Source of the DNA: Chloroflexota bacterium
Lineage (GTDB): Bacteria > Chloroflexota > Dehalococcoidia > Lucifugimonadales > JADFKI01
Length of the DNA: 25,381 bases
Direction of reading: 5' to 3'
Assembly: GCA_027623195.1 (NCBI GenBank)
Contig: JAQBUT010000035.1
Coordinates: 1 to 25,381, forward strand
This document shows positions 10,084 through 19,046 of the stretch, piece after piece; the stretch's first letter is position 1; each line of letters opens with the position of its first letter. The notes under the pieces are model-generated. The model searched no databases. It saw only the letters and a list, made by a program, of their open reading frames with translations, and was not told where the DNA came from. A program made the translations under genes and the position numbers.

Positions 10084-11139
10084 ATGGCGGAAAGCACGGG
10101 AGCAGCCCAGGTTGAAGAGCTTATGGCCAGCGCTATGGCTGAGTTGGAAGCCGCTGATAATCTGGAACGGTTGGAGGAGTGGCGAGTTTCCTATCTGGGT
10201 CGCCGAGGTAAGCTTACGTTGATACTTCGGGGCTTGGGAGGGATGTCCCCTGATGAGCGGCGATTTGTCGGTGGGGCGGCCAACCGAGTGAAGACGTTGC
10301 TGGAGGAGAACCTCGGGCAGCGAGAGCAGGTCATCAAGCAGGCCCTGTCCGAAGGCGCGGGCGAACGGGACGCCATTGACGTTACGCTTCCCGGGTGGCC
10401 AACGCCTCAGGGCGGACTTCATCCCACTACCAGGATCGTTCGCGAGATTCTGGGAGTGTTCCAGTCCATGGGTTTCCAGGTGGTTGAAGGGCCTGAGGTG
10501 GAGTGGGAGCGCTACAACTTCGAGATGCTGAACATCCCCAAGGACCATCCAGCGAGAGATGCCTTCAATACGCTTTGGGTTGATCACACAGACGAGAACG
10601 GCGAAATGCCCATGTTGCTTCGCACGCATACTTCCCCGATGCAGGGGCGGTACATGGAGCAGAACAAGCCGCCCATACGCATTGTCTCCCCTGGGAATGC
10701 GTATCGTTACGAAGCTACGGACGCCACGCACGAGTGGCAGTTCACGCAGATCGAAGGGTTGGCGGTGGACCGGGGCGTAACATTTGCCAACCTAAAAGGA
10801 ACGCTGTTCGAATTTGCCAAGCGCATCTTCGGCGAAGAGCGTCAGGTGCGATTCCGTTGTGACTTCTTCCCCTTTGTGGAGCCGGGTGTGGACATGTCTA
10901 TAGACTGCTTTAGCTGTAGTGGTCGTGGCTGTCGAATATGCTCCGACACGGGCTGGATCGAGATCATGGGAGCTGGCATGGTGCACCCCAGGGTGTTGGA
11001 GGCGGTAGGTTTGGACCCGTACATATACACGGGCTTCGCCTTTGGCATGGGACCGGAGCGAATCGCCATGCTGAAGTACGGCATCGACGACATTCGCCTT
11101 TTTCACGCCAACGACCTGCGATTCTTGAAACAGTTCTAG
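10084..11139 (+). CDS. pheS: Phenylalanine--tRNA ligase alpha subunit
   Basis: HPARD, LLRTHTSP, DATHEWQFTQIEGL, FFPFVEP, GFAFGMGPER motifs; ATG after GAGGT. Confidence 0.99.
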   Translation: MAESTGAAQVEELMASAMAELEAADNLERLEEWRVSYLGRRGKLTLILRGLGGMSPDERRFVGGAANRVKTLLEENLGQREQVIKQALSEGAGERDAIDVTLPGWPTPQGGLHPTTRIVREILGVFQSMGFQVVEGPEVEWERYNFEMLNIPKDHPARDAFNTLWVDHTDENGEMPMLLRTHTSPMQGRYMEQNKPPIRIVSPGNAYRYEATDATHEWQFTQIEGLAVDRGVTFANLKGTLFEFAKRIFGEERQVRFRCDFFPFVEPGVDMSIDCFSCSGRGCRICSDTGWIEIMGAGMVHPRVLEAVGLDPYIYTGFAFGMGPERIAMLKYGIDDIRLFHANDLRFLKQF

Positions 11140-11227
11140 TGACTCGAAATGAGTTCTTGGTGATTGGTTATCGGTGAGATCGCGGACTAGAAACTAACTA
11201 CTAATTACCAAAAAACTAACAACTAAG
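11138..11227. repeat. Intergenic inverted array of degenerate 7-mers
   Basis: Left arm agttctt/ggtgatt/ggttatc/ggtgaga; right arm actagaa/actaact/actaatt/accaaaa/actaaca/actaag; arms pair, e.g. TTGGTGATTGGT with ACTAATTACCAA allowing G-U. Confidence 0.6.
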
Positions 11228-11240
11228 CCCAGAGGCGTTT

Positions 11241-13724
11241 ATGAAGGTACCCATATCCTGGCTTAAGAAATACGTTCCTGTGGACATGCCTGCCAAGGAG
11301 CTGGCGCATCGTCTGACAATGGCCGGCAACGAGGTGGGCGAGGTCGATGTGATCGGCGGAAGCTGGGACCCCGACAAGGTCGTGATCGGGCATGTCCTGA
11401 AGATCGAACCTCACCCCAATGCAGATAGGCTGCGGCTGCCTACCGTGGACATCGGCAACGGCGAAACCGCAACAGTCGTATGCGGAGCGCCGAACGTGGC
11501 GGAGGGCCAGAAAATAGCCTTTGCAAAGGAGGGCGCCCTTCTCTTCAGCCCGAGAACGGGAGGCGTTGAGGAGCTCAAAGCTGCGAAAATCCGTGGCGTA
11601 GAATCGTCCGGTATGGTCTGCTCCACCCTGGAACTGGGCATGGGCGAGGACCATTCCGGCATACTTGTGTTGGATGACGCCGCGGTTGTTGGCACGCCGC
11701 TTGTTGACCTTCTTGGCGATGCCGTCCTGGACGTTGAAGTTACGCCAAACCGACCGGACTGCCTTTCCATTCTGGGGATAGCCCATGAGGTTGCCGCGCT
11801 TACCGGGGCCACAGTTACGGAGCCCGATATCTCTTATGAAGAGGTCGGCGAGGCAATCGACGGGCAGGCAAGTGTGGAGATAGAAGACCCGGAGCTCTGC
11901 GGTCGATATACGGCGACACTTATCAAAGACATCAAAATTGGCGACTCACCTCGGTGGATGCAGGAGGCCCTGATCAGGTCCGGGCAGCGGCCCATAAACA
12001 ACATCGTGGACATCACTAACTACGTGATGTTGGAATACGGCCAGCCTTTGCACGCCTTCGATTTCGGCAAAGTGAAGGAAAGCAAGATCATCGTTAGGGC
12101 AGCCCGTCCCGGAGAGAAGCACGTAACCCTGGATGGTGAAAATCGAAATTTAGAGCCTCCGATGCTCGTAATCGCTGATGTCAGCGATGCGGTGGGCATG
12201 GCAGGCGTCATGGGTGGGGCCAACACCGAGATTGACGAAACAACAAGAACAGTCTTTTTGGAGTCGGCAAACTTCAGCGCGACGAACACCCGGCGTACGC
12301 GGAATGCATTGGGCGTTAACACCGAGGCGTCTTATCGCTTTGAGCGGGGTATAAGGGCAGAGCTTGCGCCGTTGGCTTTGCGCAGAGCAACCAGGCTTAT
12401 TGTGGAGTTGGCTGGCGGCAAGGCAGCCCCTGGCATCATAGATATTTACCCAGGTGAAAAGCCCGCGCCGGTGGTCAAGATAAGCAGGCAACGCATTCGA
12501 CAAATGCTGGGCGTCGATTACAGCCTGGCCAAGATTGAGGAGGTGCTGACCTCCCTGGGCTTCAAGCTCGGTAAGCCGCCGGAGGGCCTCCTCGACATGA
12601 TGGAGTCCTTTGCAGGCGAAGCCCTTCCTGAGCGTCAGGAATCGCTTTGGGTTGAGGCTCCTTACTGGCGTTCCGACATTAACATAGAGGAAGACGTTAT
12701 AGAGGAGTTGGCGCGAATTATCGGATACGACAGCATTCCAACATCGATGTTGGCCGTACCGATACCCCACAACGCGCCTAACCCTGCCAGAGAGATGCGG
12801 GAGCGCATCAAGGACCTGCTTGCGGCCGCAGGGATGTATGAGGCTACCTCCTATTCGCTGGTCAACACGGACATGTTGTCCAAAGTGAATGCCCTGGATG
12901 CCCACAAACCGCCCATAAAGATATCCAACCCTATTAGCGCGGATTTCGAGTACCTCAGGACGAGTCTACGAGGCAGCATGCTCACGACCTTGGCTTATAA
13001 CAGACGTATTTCCCAAGGCGAGGGCATTCGGTTATTCGAGGTTGGAAAGGTTTTCCTGGCGTCGGAGGATGCGAAAGAGCGAGACCTTCCTGACGAGCGC
13101 GAAACGCTTATAGGCGTTCTGTCGGGCCCACGCTTCCCGACGTCCTGGACGGCCCCACAAGGCGAGCTAGGGTTCTTCGATGCCAAAGGCATACTTGAGG
13201 GGCTGTTCCGGTCGGTTGGCGCGCAGGTGGATTTTGAGGGCTTCTCGGAAGACGCGGTGCTGGAGCCTGGCAAAACGGCTCAACTGTTATGCAACGGCAG
13301 CCCGGTTGGCGTTATAGGTCAGGTTAGTCCTGATGTGCTGAGGCGCTTTGACCTCGACGGAAGCACTGTGGCCATGTTCGAGGTTGATTTGGCGTCTTTG
13401 CGACTGGCATCGACTTCATTGGAGCGCAAGTATCAAGGCACTAGTAGATACCCTGAGTCCTACAGGGACCTGGCGTTAATTGTGGATGCCAATACTACGT
13501 CCGCTCAGATAGAGGCCATAATCAATCGCCATAAATTGGTTGTCCGTAGCCTTCCCTTCGACGTTTATTCCGGAGACGGAGTGCCCGAAGGAAAGAAGTC
13601 GGCGGCCTTTCGATTGGTGTTCCAATCGGACAAGGAGACGCTTACTTCCGAGCAGGTGGACAAGTTTCAGAGTGATATTCTGAGGCAACTTCAGCGAGAG
13701 CTAAGCGCCGAGTTGCGAGGGTAG
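11241..13724 (+). CDS. pheT: Phenylalanine--tRNA ligase beta subunit
   Basis: HPNADRL, VCGAPNV, TPNRPDCLS, GQPLHAFD, ASYRFERG, C-terminal RDLALIV/GKKS anticodon-binding domain. Confidence 0.99.
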   Translation: MKVPISWLKKYVPVDMPAKELAHRLTMAGNEVGEVDVIGGSWDPDKVVIGHVLKIEPHPNADRLRLPTVDIGNGETATVVCGAPNVAEGQKIAFAKEGALLFSPRTGGVEELKAAKIRGVESSGMVCSTLELGMGEDHSGILVLDDAAVVGTPLVDLLGDAVLDVEVTPNRPDCLSILGIAHEVAALTGATVTEPDISYEEVGEAIDGQASVEIEDPELCGRYTATLIKDIKIGDSPRWMQEALIRSGQRPINNIVDITNYVMLEYGQPLHAFDFGKVKESKIIVRAARPGEKHVTLDGENRNLEPPMLVIADVSDAVGMAGVMGGANTEIDETTRTVFLESANFSATNTRRTRNALGVNTEASYRFERGIRAELAPLALRRATRLIVELAGGKAAPGIIDIYPGEKPAPVVKISRQRIRQMLGVDYSLAKIEEVLTSLGFKLGKPPEGLLDMMESFAGEALPERQESLWVEAPYWRSDINIEEDVIEELARIIGYDSIPTSMLAVPIPHNAPNPAREMRERIKDLLAAAGMYEATSYSLVNTDMLSKVNALDAHKPPIKISNPISADFEYLRTSLRGSMLTTLAYNRRISQGEGIRLFEVGKVFLASEDAKERDLPDERETLIGVLSGPRFPTSWTAPQGELGFFDAKGILEGLFRSVGAQVDFEGFSEDAVLEPGKTAQLLCNGSPVGVIGQVSPDVLRRFDLDGSTVAMFEVDLASLRLASTSLERKYQGTSRYPESYRDLALIVDANTTSAQIEAIINRHKLVVRSLPFDVYSGDGVPEGKKSAAFRLVFQSDKETLTSEQVDKFQSDILRQLQRELSAELRG

Positions 13725-13728
13725 GTAG

Positions 13729-15030
13729 ATGGTGCATCAGGGACATAGCCACCGCCATTATGGCGAAAATATGCTAAGTGTGGAGGAGGCTCTAGAACGG
13801 ATTCTCAGCTTTGTCCACGTGCTGGAAACGGAAGAGAAGCCTCTGTTGGAGGCACTTGGCCAGGTGCTGGCTGAAGACGCCGTATCTCAGCACAGCATCC
13901 CACCTCTGGATAATTCGGCGATGGATGGCTATGCCTTGCAGGCGGCTGACGTTGTGGGGGCCTCGAAAGACAAACCAGTCAAGCTCAAGGTAATCGGGCT
14001 TGTCGCAGCGGGTCAGTTGCCGACTGAAAAAGTGATACCAGGAACGGCTGTGCGTATCATGACAGGCGCGCCGGTGCCGGACGGGGCTGATGCAGTTGTG
14101 CCTTTTGAGGATACGGACGAGCTGGATAGGCGGGCTCTCGGCGGCGAGATTACCGAGGTGGAAATTCGGTTCGAAGTGGCCAAGGGCGCGGACATACGAC
14201 CTGCCGGGCAGGATGTGCAGCCCGGGACCGTTGTTCTGGCCAAGGGAAGCTCGATTCGTCCACCTGAAGTCGGAGTGCTGGCGTCATTGGGCTTCGCTAC
14301 TGTAAAAGTGGTGAGAAGGCCCGTGGTGGCGATCCTGGCCACCGGTAACGAACTTTTGGAGCCTGGTGAAGCTCATGGCTCCGGAAAGATATTCAACAGC
14401 AACAGCTTCAGCGTGGCGGCGAGCGTTTTACGATACGGGGGCGTCCCGAAGCTGCTAGGCATTGCCAGGGACGATCTGGATTCCATGAATGCCAAGCTTC
14501 AGGAAGGCCTGGACGCAGACATACTGATAACGTCCGCAGGGGTTTCCAAGGGCGATTACGACATGGTGAAGGATGTGCTGTCCCAACACGGCAAGATCGA
14601 CTTCTGGTCGGTGCGCATGAGGCCCGCCAAGCCGTTGGCTTTCGGGGTGTTGGATGCTCCTGATGGCAGAAAGGTCCCCCACCTTGGCCTCCCGGGAAAT
14701 CCCGTCAGCGCAATGGTGGCGTTCGAGCAATTTGGACGCGCGGCCATTCACAAGATGATGGGAAGGATTCAACTGGGCAAGCCCACTATTAGGGCGGTTC
14801 TTGACGAACCTATTTATAATAACGACGGCCGCAGGGTGTATGCCCGGGCTATAATCACTCGACAAAATGGTACCTACCACGTTAAGCTGACAGGCGACCA
14901 GGGCTCGAATCTGCTGACCTCAATGGCCCGCGCCAACGGACTAGCCATTTGCCCTGAGGGCATTCCAAAGATGGGTACGGGCGAAGTGGTCGAGGTGCAG
15001 ATGCTAGATTGGCCGGAGGATGTATTTTGA
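13729..15030 (+). CDS. moeA: Molybdopterin molybdenumtransferase MoeA
   Basis: NSAMDGYA, IMTGAPVPDGAD, TGNEL, GLPGNPVSA motifs; alternative start 13771. Confidence 0.97.
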   Translation: MVHQGHSHRHYGENMLSVEEALERILSFVHVLETEEKPLLEALGQVLAEDAVSQHSIPPLDNSAMDGYALQAADVVGASKDKPVKLKVIGLVAAGQLPTEKVIPGTAVRIMTGAPVPDGADAVVPFEDTDELDRRALGGEITEVEIRFEVAKGADIRPAGQDVQPGTVVLAKGSSIRPPEVGVLASLGFATVKVVRRPVVAILATGNELLEPGEAHGSGKIFNSNSFSVAASVLRYGGVPKLLGIARDDLDSMNAKLQEGLDADILITSAGVSKGDYDMVKDVLSQHGKIDFWSVRMRPAKPLAFGVLDAPDGRKVPHLGLPGNPVSAMVAFEQFGRAAIHKMMGRIQLGKPTIRAVLDEPIYNNDGRRVYARAIITRQNGTYHVKLTGDQGSNLLTSMARANGLAICPEGIPKMGTGEVVEVQMLDWPEDVF

Positions 15031-15587
15031 TGACTGAACAACAGGTACAGGACGGGGTAAAAGAGGAACACTTTCCAGAATTCCTCATCTCACAAGAGCA
15101 GGCGCTGCAGATTGGTCGCTCCTTGCCCCTTATGATCGTGGGACGAATGAGTTATGCCGACAGGCAGACGTTTGGCCAGGAACCGGACCCTGCTGCGGAC
15201 GTTAATAACTTGATCAAACGTGTGGTAGACAGCAGCGGTAAGGACCCGGATTTTCTATTGCCGGATACGCCCTTGAAGGAAGCCATATTTAGGGTCATTC
15301 TTTCCCATGGCAACGATCCGATGACGGCTGAAGATATCAGCGAGATACTGTCGGAGAGATGGGCCATGACGGCGTATCCCAGGAACGTTACTCCGCAGGT
15401 AATCCAGCGATTGTTGGAAAACAGCAAGAGCTACTGCATAGTAAAGGTCCCGGAGCCTGAGGACCTTATCCTTGAAGAGGAGTTGGTGGAAGAGGAACTA
15501 GACGAGGGCGACGAAGAGGAACCCGATTCTGAGGATGAGTCCACTGACGCTGAAGATGCCAGTGATGAAGAGGAATCTGAGGACTGA
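15030..15587 (+). CDS. Hypothetical protein with HARE-HTH-like domain and D/E-rich tail (RNA polymerase delta-like architecture)
   Basis: ATG overlaps the moeA stop (TGATG); LKEAIFRVILSHGNDPMTAEDISEIL helix-turn-helix-like segment; last ~40 aa mostly D/E. Confidence 0.6.
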   Translation: MTEQQVQDGVKEEHFPEFLISQEQALQIGRSLPLMIVGRMSYADRQTFGQEPDPAADVNNLIKRVVDSSGKDPDFLLPDTPLKEAIFRVILSHGNDPMTAEDISEILSERWAMTAYPRNVTPQVIQRLLENSKSYCIVKVPEPEDLILEEELVEEELDEGDEEEPDSEDESTDAEDASDEEESED

Positions 15588-15647
15588 CTTTGAATTTCTC
15601 TTGGGGAGGCCGAATTAAAAGGTCTCGTTCCCATATTAAGTTATTAC

Positions 15648-15690
15648 AAAAAGAGAAGGCGACCCACCGTGGTGGGCCGCCTTCTTGATT
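15648..15690. terminator. Intrinsic terminator between convergent genes
   Basis: Stem AGAAGGCGACCCACC-gt-GGTGGGCCGCCTTCT with an A-run on the left (U-tract on minus) and T-rich sequence on the right. Confidence 0.8.
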
Positions 15691-15706
15691 TAGCTTAGCA
15701 TTAGCC

Positions 15707-15847
15707 TTATTCGTTCTTCTTTTTACGCTTCTTGCCGACTACCTCGGTAGCCTCGCCGCTTGCGATTGGGACAGAAACCATGGGCCTCTTGGATTCGGCC
15801 TTCTTTGGCTTCTTAGCCTCACGCCTAGGCATACTGCCTTTAGCCAC
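15707..15847 (-). CDS. Small highly basic protein (46 aa)
   Basis: GTG start after strong GGAGGTGA RBS; MAKGSMPRREAKKPKK...GKKRKKKNE; followed by the terminator. Confidence 0.75.
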   Translation of the reverse strand: MAKGSMPRREAKKPKKAESKRPMVSVPIASGEATEVVGKKRKKKNE

Positions 15848-16604
15848 CGTCTCACCTCCCCGTAGGGTATTGGACATTTTTGCCCTGTTTACCTCAGTGT
15901 AGACTAAATTCATGCCTAAGTAAAGATGGCCGCGCAGTTGGCCAAGCCGAAACGCTCTCCTGCGTAGGACTTTGGATTAGGGAAGATTGCGGTAACACTG
16001 GCGTAACATACGCTGCCTTAATATGGAATTAACCACAGGAGAATAACTATCAACTAGTCAGGGATCATAGGCCGGTATATGTCGGCAGGGAGAGCATGAT
16101 ATGAGGTCATCGGCAACAGCTATTAAGCAGACAGGCGTAAATTGCGCCAGCAATATTTTGACGCTTATTACCTTCTTTGTGTTGAACCTAATATTCATAA
16201 TCCCCATAGCGCAATTCTTCCTCCGCACGCTTAATTAGGCATTGATTAAAATTAGGTCCTGCTTTTCAATCTCGGGGTTCCAAAACAGATTATTATATTC
16301 TTCTAATACAATGACTGAAAAGTGATTGACCCCCTACAGTACTTTCGAGGTATAAAGTACCTACGTAAGCTAACGTTGAGAGCCCAAGGGATCCAGCTAG
16401 TGGATGCGTACGCATATCGGCAATACCGGGTTGCCGAACTTCTCAACCCCACATTTCCCAGATGGGCAAAAAGTGTGATTGGGCTTACGCTTAAATCAAA
16501 GAATGTATCTCCACTATATAAGCTTAGTAAGGCCATTAAGTAGTAAAATACACCCATAGATTAGGACTATTCTGCTGATTACGCAATCATGCTGGAGGCA
16601 CCTC

Positions 16605-17093
16605 ATGGGTGAAGGCAATAAGGCCCCTCTCAGGGTAGGTTTTGACTCCAAAGTACGTCTGGAGTTCCACGGTTCTACTATCACCTCAGACGCAGGATTA
16701 CTGGCATGCAGAGAGCTTGATGACGCCCTGGGATTAACCGATTCCACCGACGAATACCTCAAGGAGGGTCGAACCGGTAAAAACATTCTCCATAAGCTAA
16801 TTCCTCTCCTTCGACAATCGATCTACAGCCGTCTTGCTGGATACGACGACACCAACGACGCGGACCGCCTTTCCCAAGACCCTGCCATGAGAGTTGTCGT
16901 CGGCTGGAAGGGCGCTGACAGGAAAGCTGCTAGCACCAGCGAGATGAGCAGGTTCGAGACAGAGTTGCTTACCCAGGAGGACAACCTCAAGGGCCTGGAA
17001 CGGCTGAATGTGGAATGGGTAAAACGCGCTGTAGCCAAGACAGTTCGCCAGCGCGTCATCCTGGACGTGGATAGCTCGGAGAGTCGGGTTCAT
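16605..17093 (+). pseudogene. IS1380 transposase, N-terminal 163 codons
   Basis: LEFHGSTITSDAGLLACRELDDALGL, RQSIYSRLAGYDDTNDADRL, SRFETE, ILDVDSSESRVH (consensus ESPVHG); similarity stops at 17093. Confidence 0.9.
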
Positions 17094-17150
17094 TGCTCGC
17101 GAATTGCTCGGGATGTATTGGCACCAGAAGCTCCAAAACTAGAAACCTAA
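17094..17150 (-). other. 5' stub of a third gene cassette, cut at the transposase junction
   Basis: Follows G/TTAGGT core site; GGAG RBS then GTG CCA ATA CAT CCC..., running into transposase DNA. Confidence 0.45.
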
Positions 17151-17219
17151 CGCCGTGCACACGGGCGCGCGATAGCGCGTCCGAGCGGCGCAGCCGCGTT
17201 GTGCTGCACCTTGTTATGT
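17145..17219 (-). mobile_element. Integron attC site (75 bp)
   Basis: Minus strand: ACATAAC (R'', contains the cassette stop)-aagGTGCAGCAC...GTGTGCACggc-GTTAGGT (R'); pairing arms with an extrahelical base. Confidence 0.85.
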
Positions 17220-17512
17220 GGTTGATTTTTCATCGTAAGGTATCTCTGCCCCAGAAGCATGAGCCAAATAGCTGAACACCTTAGTATTTGTAAAGCCGAC
17301 AGCAACAAAAGCGTTTAACACAATTCTTAGGCGACGTTGCACCTGTTCGTTTGTGCCACCAGATTGAAAACTGCCTGGATGCTCTGCGCAATATTCTTGT
17401 GGCGCTCGATTGGCTCTCCATTGAAATGATGAACTATATCGAAATACTCATCCGTAAAACCCATATCGACCAAGCGATCTAGTAGCTCCACTGTTTCGAT
17501 TGGTGCACTCAT
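17214..17512 (-). pseudogene. Cassette 2 hypothetical protein (~99 aa), frameshifted
   Basis: ATG 16 nt after the core site. A one-base shift near 17395 continues YCAEHPGSFQSGGTNEQVQRRLRIVLNAF...DEKSTT to a TAA inside the attC R'' site. Confidence 0.7.
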
Positions 17513-17527
17513 ATCTGCTCATAGAAC

Positions 17528-17641
17528 ACCTAACACCCACTTAAGCGGCCGAAGCAGTTGGCGATTGGCTTGCGTACGCAAGCCAAGTGACAATTGCTGA
17601 GGTCCGAGCGGCTTTGCCGCGCCTTGAAGTGCATGTTATAC
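17528..17641 (-). mobile_element. Integron attC site (114 bp)
   Basis: Minus strand: GTATAAC-atgCACTTCAAG...CTTAAGTGggt-GTTAGGT; internal perfect 22-bp palindrome 17565-17586. Confidence 0.85.
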
Positions 17642-18259
17642 GCCATTCTCACTCACTACTCGCATTACGATAGAAACGATCTGGTCTCTTTCAGCTGTAT
17701 CGAACCATTCTCTTGTAGTTCCTACGCGATTGTATTGACTAGAGACTTCAGCCTTAACTAGACCCTCGAGTTCAATCAGGCGAGCGGGCTCGATGTGAAC
17801 TATAGGCTTAAACACTATCTCTCCCCCAAAAGTCCTATGGTAAGCCGCTGCTCTCTTCTCAAAGTCATGGGTAATCCCAACCTTAGTATGAAAGCAATTA
17901 ACCGTGTTCTTATTTTGTTTATGAATTGGTTTCAATTCGGCCGTGGTTGGATAGGCTATATAGAAGCCTGTGTTTTCGACCGCAGACCGTATCGCCTTTA
18001 GTGGGGCTTTCAATCGTTCTTGTTTTGGCGGGCGTGTCTTGGTGGTATCACCTCTGACACTTCCAAGCCATCCGTTTTTGATGCAGTATCTTACAAACCC
18101 TTTTGCGCCCAGAGGATGATCATGACCTTTGCAAATAGCCACCAGTTCGGGCACTGTTGCACTACCAGGCCCGAGAGCCGAGGCAAGCTTCTCCCAACTC
18201 GATAGATTATGCGAGGCTTTTATATTGGGATTATTGGCGATTCGAAATTTCTCAGGCAT
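17636..18259 (-). CDS. Cassette 1: GIY-YIG (T5orf172-like) nuclease with a small N-terminal domain (207 aa)
   Basis: FYIAY...TKVGITHDFEKR...ELEGLVK...REWF pattern; ATG after AAGGA RBS; TAA inside attC R''; cassette 5' end GTTATACGCCA is the exact complement of its 3' end TGGCGTATAAC. Confidence 0.75.
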   Translation of the reverse strand: MPEKFRIANNPNIKASHNLSSWEKLASALGPGSATVPELVAICKGHDHPLGAKGFVRYCIKNGWLGSVRGDTTKTRPPKQERLKAPLKAIRSAVENTGFYIAYPTTAELKPIHKQNKNTVNCFHTKVGITHDFEKRAAAYHRTFGGEIVFKPIVHIEPARLIELEGLVKAEVSSQYNRVGTTREWFDTAERDQIVSIVMRVVSENGV

Positions 18260-18276
18260 TGCGTTGCTTCCTTGGC

Positions 18277-18340
18277 GTATAACATTGTTTAGATTGATCC
18301 GCATTACACCCCAAATGCTATCACAAGTGCCGTATAAGAC
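18277..18340 (-). mobile_element. attI-like site (first cassette crossover at G/TT, 18283/18282)
   Basis: Minus strand TAATGCGGATCAATCTAAACAAT-GTTATAC resembles the attI1 end CTAAAACAAA-GTT; no attC-type arm next to the core site. Confidence 0.55.
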
Positions 18341-18728
18341 GCCTGAGAAACAAGAATCGAACCGGTCGTAACTGACGAATTATCCGCTTGCCCACCGAGA
18401 TGCTGGTCTTATCACGGCGTGTTATGCGGATCGGCATAATACCCTTTGTTCGTTTCGCACGTTTCCAACCAGCTTCATCGGATTGAAAGTCTCCGTGCCA
18501 ATATCGAATCCTTCTGGAGACGCCGTTTATTTGCTTTTCCCGTAGCAGATTTAAGCCGGTCTGTCAGCTACCCTTTTGAAGCGTGCCAAAATTGCAGCCG
18601 AGTCCTACACGAAATCCTCGTTCATGTGGATACTTCAACTACATTGACTGATTATCTCTGATTCCGCAAGGCAGGGCTCAATGTTTGGGATTGGAACCGC
18701 ATGGAGCACGTCATGCCAGGAGGCTCAC

Positions 18729-18771
18729 ATTCCAGTTCCGACTCCGTCGAGAATCCTCGATGAAATCGGGA
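18729..18771 (+). pseudogene. Possible 5' stub of integron integrase intI
   Basis: AGGAGG RBS, 5 nt, then ATT (possibly mutated ATG) and PVPTPSRILDEI, similar to the IntI N-terminal PRLLDQV; divergent from the cassettes as expected; only ~14 codons. Confidence 0.3.
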
Positions 18772-18852
18772 CTTGCTGAAGTCATGGTGTCGAGGGATAT
18801 GTTCGATGAAATGCTGGAAAGGATTGGGAGGCTGAGACCTGTACCTGGATAG
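18772..18852 (+). pseudogene. IS1380 transposase, C-terminal 26 codons
   Basis: LAEVMVSRDMFDEMLERIGRLRPVPG-stop matches the LAEVAVPRxLFxxILERIxRLR C-terminus typical of IS1380 transposases. Confidence 0.75.
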
Positions 18853-18916
18853 CAAACCACCGGCGAGCCTAAATTCATGAACGTATCGAGACTACCCAGG
18901 GCGAAGTGCGCGACGT

Positions 18917-19024
18917 GTAAGGTGAAGTTCGGCCTGAAACGGCCGTTTAGAGTCTTTCCAAGTCGATGGGAACTCCATTCCTCTAGATGAGGTGAATTTG
19001 AGTGCGGTTTGTGGCGTTTGACAA
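18917..19024 (+). repeat. 108-bp direct repeat, copy 1 (within the IS right end)
   Basis: Identical to 22957-23064 except one base (18953 T vs 22993 C); offset 4040 bp. Confidence 0.97.
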
Positions 19025-19046
19025 TTTCAGAATGCCGCCATATAGT
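19018..19046 (+). promoter_or_regulatory. Outward-facing sigma70 promoter in the IS right end
   Basis: TTGACA-N17-TATAGT; -10 ends ~80 nt upstream of the kinase ATG; GGAGG RBS at 19113-19117. Confidence 0.75.

Noticed and set aside
10900..10945. CxxCxGxGCxxC cluster in PheS
   Set aside because: Common zinc-binding insert in many PheS proteins
1842..15634. Many alternative-frame and antisense ORFs overlapping uvrA, aldolase, mscS, pheST and moeA
   Set aside because: Shadow ORFs expected in GC-rich coding DNA; no recognisable motifs
16050..16557. Short ORFs in the AT-rich spacer (16303-16557, 16322-16543 and a ~46-codon minus-strand ORF)
   Set aside because: No motifs or convincing RBS; two cross the IS end
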